Below, one piece after another: positions 49,923 to 57,346 of a stretch of 57,346 nt of DNA. The DNA is taken from positions 1-57,346 of the forward strand of contig JAAWNF010000003.1 in the NCBI GenBank assembly GCA_022798795.1, read 5' to 3'. A program made the translations under genes and the position numbers. Origin of the DNA: Bacilli bacterium. Lineage in GTDB: Bacteria > Bacillota_I > Bacilli_A > RF39 > UBA660. Under the pieces are notes generated by a model. The model was not told the origin of the DNA, made no database searches, and saw only the letters and a list, made by a program, of their open reading frames with translations. How positions within the stretch are numbered: the stretch's first letter is position 1; each line of letters starts with the position of its first letter.

Positions 49923-51948
49923 ATGTATAAAGATGAAAACTGTTTATTTTGTAATAAGAAATTTGAAAATAATAAAGTGGCAAAATTACCTGAAACAGAG
50001 TCAATAATATATCAAGATGAAGATTTTTATATTATTGTCGATATTGCTCCTCTAGTTAGAGGTCATATTTTAATAATACCTAATAAACATATTTATAATT
50101 TTAATCAATTATCTTTACAAGAAAAAATTAAAGTAGATTGTATCAAAAAAATTCGTTTCTACAACTTTTAAAGATATATATTCATTAGATACAATGTTTT
50201 TTGAACACGGCTCAACAGAAAATAATAATGGTGGAGGGTCAATAGATCACGCTCATTTGCATTGTCTACCATATAACAATTCAATTAATCAAAGTGTATC
50301 TACCACATTAAACAAATCACCTATAAACTTAAATATACTTAGAAATGACGAGTATAATAAAAACAAATCATATATATATTTAGAGGAATATAATAAATCT
50401 TATTTATATGATGTTGAAAATCTACCTAGCCAATTTTTAAGAAAATTAATATCTGATAATTCTAGTCAAAGCGAGTATAAATGGCAAAATTTATCACTTG
50501 ATGATATTAATAATAAGATTTTTGTAGAAACATTAAATGATTTAAAATCAATATTTGAAAATAATGATAATGTAGTTAGTTATTCTTCTACTTGGGATAA
50601 CATACATAGTAATTACACATCTGAATATGATAATTTTTTAGAAGAATACTTAAAATTAATTGATAAAAATAGCAAAATAATAGAATTAGGTTGTGGAGCA
50701 GCATACAACTCTATTGAGTTATTGAAATTAGGATATAAAGATATTATTGCAACTGATTTTTCAGAATATATTATAAGTAAATTAAATGCTAATAACCCTA
50801 ATTTAAAAACTATGGTTTTTGATATGACAAAACAATTTCCTTTGAGAGATAATGAATTTAATATTGTTATTGTAGATTTAAGCATACACTACTTTGATGA
50901 TGTAACAACAAAAACTATATTAAAAGAAATAGACCGTATATTAGTAAAAGGTGGTTATATTATAGGTAGGGTTGACTCAACTTCAAATTATCAAAAGAAT
51001 AGTAAAAATATTGAGCTTGAAAGAAACTATTATTTTAACGGAGAATATTGTAAAAGATATTTTGATATTTCAGATTTTGATAAATACTTTAATGAATTTG
51101 AAAAAATTAGCTTGAAAGAAAATATAATGAGTAGATATGAAAACGAAAAAGTCGTATGGGAATTTGTTTATAGAAAGAGGGAAGTAATGATTGATACAGG
51201 TTATTTATATTCAGATGATAAATCGCGATTATTTATTAATACCAGTTTAGGTTGTACTGGCGGTTGTGCTTATTGTTATTTACCTAAACTAGGATATTCT
51301 AATAATAAAGTGTGTTCAAAAACACTTACTTCAGATGAGATATTAATAGAGATAGAAAAAAGTAACTTTGAATTAACAAAAGATACACTTATTTCATTTG
51401 GTTGTTTTTCAGAATGTTGGGACAATACAAATATAAATCATACTAAAAAATTAATTGAATATTTTTTGAAAAATGGTAATCAAATACAATTATCAACTAA
51501 AAAAGAAATACTTGCAGATGATATAAAGGAACTTGCTAAACATATTAAATATAATGGTCAGTTAGTTATTTTGATTAGTAATTCTACAATTAGTAATTGG
51601 AAAGAAATCGAAAAAAATACCGATAGTCCTGATAAAAGATTTAATACTTTTGATAACTTAAAAGAATTTAATATACCAATAGTATTATACATTAAGCCAG
51701 TATTAGTAAATACCACTATTATTGATTTAGAATTATATAAAAAAATTATTAATAATTACAATATTAAAGATGTTGTTGTTGGTAGCATATTTAAAGATAC
51801 TGAGAGTGAAAAATTTATAAAATTTTCAAAAGATAAAAAATTCTTTTATAGTCAGACACAAGATGACATAACGATTATTGAAGCACTTAAAGGCATATGT
51901 AATGTGTATGAAAGAAGTATTGAAGTAATGAAGAAATATAAAAAATAG
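49923..51948 (+). pseudogene. HIT hydrolase + class I methyltransferase + SplB-like radical SAM fusion, interrupted by one extra A in A7 (50145-50151)
   Basis: ORF 49923-50171 has the HIT N-terminus (CLFC, GHILIIP.KH). ORF 50194-51948 continues FFEHG...HAHLHCLP, then ELGCG...TDFS, then CTGGCAYC. Removing one A gives a single 674-aa frame (...DCIKKFVSTTFKDIYSLDTMFFEHG). Confidence 0.85.
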
Positions 51949-52012
51949 CACTTTCCAAAAAAACATAGAAAAAAATAAATTATGTGGATATATGGGGCGT
52001 GTGGATATTGAA

Positions 52013-52058
52013 AAAAACACTATCCTTTTTCTGCTTATGCAGAGGGGATAGTATTTTT
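52013..52058. terminator. Bidirectional terminator
   Basis: A-tract, actatcc...ctgc-ttat-gcag...ggatagt, T-tract. Confidence 0.7.
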
Positions 52059-52159
52059 ATATGTTGTCCTCCATCCGTATATAGGATTTACTCAGTTCTT
52101 TGATTGTAAGGTGTCGGTGTATGTAGGTTGTAGAATACATTTTTTTATAGGGGCTATTA

Positions 52160-52291
52160 TTAGGTTTCTTGAGTGCCTATATATTTCTCAGAATATGCTA
52201 ATCGTCTAAGTTCTTCGGTGGTAAGGTCAATAAATCCATCGGTATCAACTTGATTAACCTCGACTTTTTCAATATTGTCCATCCATTTTAT
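52160..52291 (-). pseudogene. C-terminal fragment of an unidentified gene, cut at the IS3 remnant
   Basis: IKWMDNIEKVEVNQVDTDGFIDLTTEELRRLAYSEKYIGTQET*; the frame is closed upstream at the IS junction. Confidence 0.4.
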
Positions 52292-52770
52292 TTAATAAAT
52301 CAATAGCTCTTAATTTATCAGTTATTAAAGATTACTTCGATAAAGAAATTGTATCACTTTCTACATCAAATAACAATGATGTTAACTTAATTAAAGAAAG
52401 TTATAAAGATTTAAAGCCGAATAAAGATGCTATAGTTAATACAGAACAGGGCTCTGTTTATTTTGCTTATGAATACGTTGAAATGGCAGAAATCATGGGC
52501 TTTATTAGAAGTATGTCACATCGTGGACACTGCTGGGAAAATTGCCCAATAGAAAATTGGTTTATGCAATTAAAACATGAATGGTTATGTCAATTCGATA
52601 AATTAACTAGAAACCAGGCAACAGAAGAAATAAAAAAATACGTTCATAGGTATAATAACGAACGTATTCAAAAGAAATTAGGATACTTGTCACCTGTACA
52701 GTATCGACTAAAATATTCAACTTAATTTATCTTTTTATTTAGTAAGTGCTTGACAAGTACTAGTATCTTT
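52290..52770 (+). mobile_element. 5'-truncated IS3-family transposase (OrfB integrase core and C-terminus)
   Basis: The frame is open from 52258: LSVIKDYFDKEIVS...NTEQGSVY...SMSHRGHCWENCPIENWF...YNNERIQKKLGYLSPVQYR, stop 52725. HSDQG is changed to NTEQG. The right end is approximate. Confidence 0.85.
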
Positions 52771-52774
52771 GATT

Positions 52775-53038
52775 CTATTTTTCTTTAGGTTCTTCGAATA
52801 ACTGGTCCATTTGAACATTTAAAACTTGGCTAATGTTCCATAAAACAGGAACACTAACCATTTGTTTTTCAGATTCTAAAGTTCCAATTAGTCCTGTACT
52901 TACACCAATCATTTCTGCTAAAGCAGCCTGTGTAATGTGCTCTTTATGATTTAAGTTATATAAATTGCGATAATAACGAACATTACTACCTACTAATTTA
53001 GCCAATTCATTTTTATTGTTATTATTATATAATTTCAT
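52775..53038 (-). CDS. XRE-family HTH transcriptional regulator
   Basis: GSNVRYYR...ITQAALAEMIGVS...GTLES...S...L..IS.VL.V; RBS aggtgg. Confidence 0.88.
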   Translation of the reverse strand: MKLYNNNNKNELAKLVGSNVRYYRNLYNLNHKEHITQAALAEMIGVSTGLIGTLESEKQMVSVPVLWNISQVLNVQMDQLFEEPKEK

Positions 53039-53068
53039 TTTACCACCTGACTACTCACTGCTACCAAC

Positions 53069-53098
53069 ATTGTAACCTTTTAACTGATTTGTTACAAT
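53069..53098. promoter_or_regulatory. Palindromic operator candidate between divergent genes
   Basis: attgtaac (53069-53076), 14 nt, gttacaat (53091-53098), next to TTGTTA-18-TATAAT (53116-53145). Confidence 0.5.
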
Positions 53099-53166
53099 TT
53101 AATATATATAATAAATTGTTAGATATACTAATAATAAGGTATAATATAAGTGGAGGGAGCAGTAGA

Positions 53167-53352
53167 ATGAAAGAACAAATAGATATTCTTTACGTGAAAA
53201 ATGTAATAAAGCCATTAGAAGAATTAATTCATAAAATTGAATTATCAGATGAGTTTTCACGAAAAGATTTGGAAATATTAAATCAATTATTATTAGAAAA
53301 ATACCTAATTTTGGAAAATATATTACAGGAAAATTCTTCTAATAGTCAATAG
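53167..53352 (+). CDS. Small helical hypothetical protein (61 aa)
   Basis: RBS ggaggg precedes ATG 53167; the ORF-track start at 53089 lacks an RBS. Confidence 0.65.
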   Translation: MKEQIDILYVKNVIKPLEELIHKIELSDEFSRKDLEILNQLLLEKYLILENILQENSSNSQ

Positions 53353-53407
53353 AAAACTAAAAAGTATTAGTGAATAAAAGAATTTATGCTTAGAAATGAG
53401 GTATGAT

Positions 53408-53863
53408 ATGAATAGGATGCTAATAGAAACTCCTATTGGTAGCATTGAGTTAATAGAAGAAAAGGAATGTTTGAAAAAAGTATCATTTGAAGAAAACCTC
53501 CATAATGAAATTCCTATAAAAGAAAGTAAGTTTTTAAAAGATTGTCAAAGTCAAATTCTAGAATATTTTAATGGAAAGCGAAAAAAATTTGACATTCCAA
53601 TTGTGTTGACAGGAACAAAATTTCAATTATGTGTATGGAATGCTTTAATGAAAATTCCATATGGTGAAGTAAAAACGTATCAACAAATTGCAGAAATGAT
53701 CGGAAATAAAAAAGCTTCTAGAGCAGTAGGTTTAGCAAATCATAATAATCCGATTCCAATTATTATTCCATGCCATAGGGTAGTTGGAAAAAATGGTTCC
53801 TTAATGGGTTATGTTGGTGGCTTAAATAGAAAAGAAAAATTGATAGCATTAGAAAAACAGTGA
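53408..53863 (+). CDS. ogt: Methylated-DNA-protein-cysteine methyltransferase
   Basis: GT.FQ..VW..L..IPYG...TY..IA, RAVG.AN..NPIPIIIPCHRVV. Probable start 53408. Confidence 0.95.
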   Translation: MNRMLIETPIGSIELIEEKECLKKVSFEENLHNEIPIKESKFLKDCQSQILEYFNGKRKKFDIPIVLTGTKFQLCVWNALMKIPYGEVKTYQQIAEMIGNKKASRAVGLANHNNPIPIIIPCHRVVGKNGSLMGYVGGLNRKEKLIALEKQ

Positions 53864-53890
53864 ATAAGAATTATCTTTTTTATCATAATA
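53862..53890 (+). promoter_or_regulatory. Candidate sigma-G promoter
   Basis: GAATA (53862-53866), 17 nt, CATAATA (53884-53890). Confidence 0.55.
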
Positions 53891-53912
53891 GAGATAGAAA
53901 GGAGAATGTACT

Positions 53913-54353
53913 TTGAGTGAAAATAATCAAGAATTATTGCAGTATATTTATAAAACAGCTGAGATGGGAAAATATTCTACAACCGAATTGATGAAAGAAT
54001 TACATGGAAAAGATAATAAAATTAAGGAAGAACTAAATAATATTTTAAAAGAATATGAGAAATTTTATGAAAAGTCTTTAAAATTATTTGACAAATTCAA
54101 AATAGAAGAAAAAGAAACTGGATTTATGGCTAAAATGAGTGTTAGCATTAGTATGAAAAAAGAAGTATTAGATGATAATAGTGATGCTAGTATGGCAGAC
54201 ATGCTTATAAAAGGATTAACTATGGGAAGTTTAGAAATGAGTAAGAAAATTGACCAATATGAAAAGAAAGTAGATAATAAAATATTAGATTTGGCGAAGG
54301 AGCTTCATAAGTTTCAGGAAAAGCAAATTGATAATATGAAAAAGTATCTATAA
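53913..54353 (+). CDS. Four-helix-bundle (ferritin-like) hypothetical protein
   Basis: TTG start behind aaggag; helical protein with DNSDASMADMLIKG..MG. Terminator at about 54350-54382. Confidence 0.7.
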   Translation: MSENNQELLQYIYKTAEMGKYSTTELMKELHGKDNKIKEELNNILKEYEKFYEKSLKLFDKFKIEEKETGFMAKMSVSISMKKEVLDDNSDASMADMLIKGLTMGSLEMSKKIDQYEKKVDNKILDLAKELHKFQEKQIDNMKKYL

Positions 54354-54465
54354 CTATTTTGACGTATCAAAATAGTTTTTTTATACATCAAAAAAAAGAA
54401 TGTGTAGTTGTAATTTTCAAAAAATTAAGATAAAATAAAGACATTGAGGAAAGGGAGGAAACTTC

Positions 54466-55038
54466 ATGGTAGAAAGTTTTAAAAAAATGTTTTTGATGTC
54501 TATTTTATCTTCCATTTTTTTTATTATAATTGGATTATTTTTAATCATGAAACCAGATACAACAATGGCCATTATTTCTTATGCAATTGGTTCTTTAATA
54601 ATGGTAAGTGGTGCAATTTTCCTAATTAAATATTTTACAAATAGAAATGGATATACAATGTTGAGTGGAGAATTGATACTAGGTGTTATTTGTGTTATTG
54701 TGGGAATTTCTCTATTTTTAAATCCAAAAGCTTTAGCAAGTGTTATTCATTTTATTTTAGGAATGTGGATTATCATTAGTAGTGTTACAAAAATCCAGTA
54801 TGCGTTTCAATTGAAAATGTATAATAATAAAGCTTGGATATCAACTATGATATTAGCCGCAATTACATTTATTTGGGGATTATTACTACTGTTTGACCCA
54901 TTTGAAGGAGCGATGTTAATTACTCAAATAATCGGAATGTTTATTTTGGTATATGCAATTCTAGAATTGGTAGAAATTTTTATTATCCGAAAAAATTTAA
55001 AAGATGTTAAAGACGGAATTATTGAAATAATAAAATAG
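54466..55038 (+). CDS. HdeD/DUF308 family membrane protein
   Basis: Repeated helix pairs G.FL...P, with six TM segments. Confidence 0.8.
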   Translation: MVESFKKMFLMSILSSIFFIIIGLFLIMKPDTTMAIISYAIGSLIMVSGAIFLIKYFTNRNGYTMLSGELILGVICVIVGISLFLNPKALASVIHFILGMWIIISSVTKIQYAFQLKMYNNKAWISTMILAAITFIWGLLLLFDPFEGAMLITQIIGMFILVYAILELVEIFIIRKNLKDVKDGIIEIIK

Positions 55039-55060
55039 AAGACTTCAACTTTGAAATCTT

Positions 55061-56068
55061 CTATTTTTTGTTATTGATTGCTTTTTCAAATACAGGAAGC
55101 ATGCCAATTCCATTTTTTCTATGAGGTGGTAGTTGATAAATATCATGACCAGGAAACTCATTTCCTTCAATTAAAAGTGGTCCTTTTTCAGAAATGGCAA
55201 CATCCCATCCAACTAACCCAACTTGAGGAACAACTTTTGCAGCTTCTAGCACTAGTTCTTTTACGTTCTCCCATTCTGGAATTTGAAATCCTTCAATTGA
55301 AATATTTGTTTCTGGATGTTTGGTAAAAATTATATTTTTTTTATTCACAGCTGGATAAGTAATCTTTCCACTTTTTATGTCAACAGGAGCAACCATACCA
55401 CCAGCATTAAAATTATCTACTATTTTTCCTGAACCGATTCTAGAATAGGCAGCAATAATTTTTGACTTATTATTTTTGCAAATGCTAATTACTCGAATGG
55501 TATTGATAGAACTAGGATTTAGTGAATTCATAATTTCATTCTGAATTACTAATTCTTCTATTAAAAATAAATGTTGTTCCATTAAATATTGATAAAGATT
55601 TTTATCTTTCCATTCATGAATATTGATTTTTTGCATATTGTCTCCATGGGTTCCGTTTAAAGGTTTAGCAAATACATTTTTTTTATTTTTGATAAAATTA
55701 TCAAAAGCTTCTTGGTTACACCCATTTAGTAAAATCCAATCACGTTTAATATAGTCTTTAAACATTTTATTAAATTCCTGTTTTTCTCGAAACAAATAAG
55801 TATAGTTTTTGTCATTATATTTTTTGATATAGGAATTATTAATGCCTCTTGTCAAAATTGTCTTTCTTTGATTTTTATTTAATTCATACATTTCAAATAA
55901 AAGATAATCTAAATAACCAGCTTGGTATTTAAATCCACAATAAACAATATCAAAAAAAATAAAAAATTTTGACTTTCCTGTTTTTTCTTTTACGTTATTA
56001 ATTGTACGAAAAAAACGTTTATAATCCATATTAAAAATTCTTTTTACCAAATAACTTATTCTCTTCAT
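55061..56068 (-). CDS. Sugar-transfer-associated ATP-grasp protein
   Basis: FAKP..G..G, IEELVIQ, NPSSINTIRV, R.G.G..VDNF.AGG, VGWDVAISEKGPLLIEGN. Confidence 0.8.
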   Translation of the reverse strand: MKRISYLVKRIFNMDYKRFFRTINNVKEKTGKSKFFIFFDIVYCGFKYQAGYLDYLLFEMYELNKNQRKTILTRGINNSYIKKYNDKNYTYLFREKQEFNKMFKDYIKRDWILLNGCNQEAFDNFIKNKKNVFAKPLNGTHGDNMQKINIHEWKDKNLYQYLMEQHLFLIEELVIQNEIMNSLNPSSINTIRVISICKNNKSKIIAAYSRIGSGKIVDNFNAGGMVAPVDIKSGKITYPAVNKKNIIFTKHPETNISIEGFQIPEWENVKELVLEAAKVVPQVGLVGWDVAISEKGPLLIEGNEFPGHDIYQLPPHRKNGIGMLPVFEKAINNKK

Positions 56069-56269
56069 TTTATCACCATATTTATTTTAGCACATTTTTC
56101 GACATAAAGTAATCAGAGTTTTATAAGATAATAAATTAATATTCCATGGAACTTTAAAATCTGCAATATTATTAGGAAGAAAAATAGTAGAATAAAAATA
56201 AAGAATAGAAAAGTGCTTTTCAGTAATACTAATAATATGGTATACTAATTTTAAGATAGGAGTGTATTT

Positions 56270-56779
56270 ATGGAACTTTTCATATTATGTATTAAAATAT
56301 TTTGTGCAAGAATTATGGACGTTTCGCTTGGAACAGTAAGAACTGTTTTAACAGTAAAAGGTAAAAAAGGATATGCAAGTTTAATTGGATTTGTTGAAGT
56401 TTTGATTTGGTTTATCATTGTACAGGAGGCAATGAATACTGAACTTACAAGTATTTTTATTGCTATTTCTTATGCAGGTGGATATGCAACAGGAACTTAT
56501 ATAGGGGGTTTTATTTCTCAAAAATTTATTCCTGGAAACTTTGGAGTTCAAATTATTACAAGTATAAAAAAATCTTCTATGATAGAAAGCTTGAGAAAAG
56601 AAGGATATGCTGTTTCAGTCATTAATGTAAAAGGTCAAGAAGAAGACAAATTGATGTTGTTTATTGAAATTGATAAAAAAAGGTTTAACCATTTACAGTC
56701 AATTGTCAAAGAATTAGATGATAAGGCCTTTTTAGTAGTCAATGAAACAAAGATGGTTCAAAATGGATATTTTAAATAA
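56270..56779 (+). CDS. DUF2179/DUF5698 (UPF0316) membrane protein
   Basis: IF.ARI.DVSLGTVR, GFVEVLIW, YA.GYATG.YIG, D.KAF...ET. Confidence 0.85.
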   Translation: MELFILCIKIFCARIMDVSLGTVRTVLTVKGKKGYASLIGFVEVLIWFIIVQEAMNTELTSIFIAISYAGGYATGTYIGGFISQKFIPGNFGVQIITSIKKSSMIESLRKEGYAVSVINVKGQEEDKLMLFIEIDKKRFNHLQSIVKELDDKAFLVVNETKMVQNGYFK

Positions 56780-56803
56780 AAGGTAATAAAATGATAAAAT
56801 AAA

Positions 56804-56830
56804 GTCCAAATCTTACATGATACATACATT
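56804..56830 (+). promoter_or_regulatory. Candidate sigma-E-type promoter
   Basis: GTCCA, 14 nt, CATACATT; same geometry as the motif upstream of the SleB/CwlJ-type gene. Confidence 0.5.
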
Positions 56831-56847
56831 ATAGTGAGGTGTATTAT

Positions 56848-57309
56848 ATGTATAAAGTATATCAAGTATTACCAGGTGAAGAATTAAAAAGCATTGCAGA
56901 AAAGTTGGATATGGAGTATCAAGTATTATGTGAATTGAATGGATTTCTGGAAGGACATGAATTAAGAGCAGGGGAAAATCTTGTGATTCCAAATAATCAA
57001 GCAAATATGTTTCAAAGTTATCGCGTGAAAGCAGGAGACAATTTGTATGAAATAGGAAAACTCTATCAAACAAGTGCCAAAGATATTGCGCTTATAAATG
57101 GATTAGAAGAAGATGATTACATTTATCCAAATCAAGAATTGCTAATACCAAGAGTAGGAGTCCAAATTTATGTCACAGAAGAGGGAGATACATTAAAAGA
57201 TGTATCTAAAAAATTTAAAACTACTGTGGAAAAGGTAACAATGTCGAACGAAAATATTTATCTATTACCTGAGCAATTATTTGTTTTTAAAAGAGAGAAT
57301 TTTTTATAA
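56848..57309 (+). CDS. LysM-repeat protein (three LysM domains)
   Basis: YQVLPGEEL.SIA...L.ELNG, YRVKAGDNLYEI...IALING, YVTEEGDTL.DVS. ATG 56848 follows GAGGTG. Confidence 0.88.
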   Translation: MYKVYQVLPGEELKSIAEKLDMEYQVLCELNGFLEGHELRAGENLVIPNNQANMFQSYRVKAGDNLYEIGKLYQTSAKDIALINGLEEDDYIYPNQELLIPRVGVQIYVTEEGDTLKDVSKKFKTTVEKVTMSNENIYLLPEQLFVFKRENFL

Positions 57310-57346
57310 AACTCTTTTTTTTTATATTCTTTTAGGTTATAATGAA

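Larger units (their letters stand above)
48801..53390. mobile_element. Degraded accessory islet 3' of tRNA-Trp
   Basis: Visibly more AT-rich than the core genes; two IS3-family remnants, a truncated gene fragment, a frameshifted cargo gene and an XRE regulator. No integrase or clear att duplication, so the boundaries are approximate. Confidence 0.55.

Noticed and set aside
52483-52725. 80-aa ORF as an independent protein
   Set aside because: It is an internal Met of the truncated IS3 OrfB frame.
49244-52770. Composite transposon carrying the HIT-MTase-rSAM gene
   Set aside because: The two IS3 remnants are different elements and no target-site duplication is seen.
53053-53066. actcactgctacc as an attR copy of the tRNA-Trp 3' end (actcctgctacc)
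   Set aside because: The match is short and gapped, lies in the XRE promoter region, and no integrase is present.
1-57346. Genome-wide UGA=Trp recoding (code 4)
   Set aside because: Conserved Trp positions use TGG, and TGA cleanly ends dut, tatD, map and ogt.

Overview
AT-rich chromosomal segment of a low-GC Bacillota bacterium. Codon usage, sigma-A promoters, a T-box, gene loss (no rpmD in the spc operon, no rnmV or hpt at their usual sites) and retained sporulation genes resemble reduced gut Bacilli such as RF39; this placement is inference. The genetic code is standard: Trp is TGG, and TGA ends dut, tatD, map and ogt. Most of the window is core genome: mfd (5' end outside the window), CBS-PPase, spoVT, a Met T-box driving dut-metG, tatD-yabE-like-ksgA-ung-tilS-ftsH, soj-spo0J-mscS-DUF951-abgT-ychF, rpsF-ssb-rpsR, gpsA, the S10-spc-alpha operon, RNA-modification genes, cwlD, htrA, a SleB/CwlJ-type hydrolase and tRNA-Trp(CCA). 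Accessory or odd elements: (1) a degraded islet 3' of tRNA-Trp, with two IS3-family remnants around a HIT + SAM-methyltransferase + SplB-like radical-SAM fusion gene broken by one extra A in an A7 run; (2) a roughly 756-aa membrane protein that looks like a chain of small toxin-immunity-like modules (TRHxDG domain, CPCC, DUF1871-like); (3) an Abi_2/AbiF-like HEPN gene in housekeeping context with no visible RNA antitoxin; (4) a tRNA-Trp with an A27-C43 mismatch, giving a 4-bp anticodon stem; (5) FtsH with a C-terminal Rho_N/HEH-like module; (6) an exact 65-bp tandem duplication of a promoter, RBS and start codon. No CRISPR array, rRNA or integrase was seen. All family assignments come from motif recognition, not database searches.
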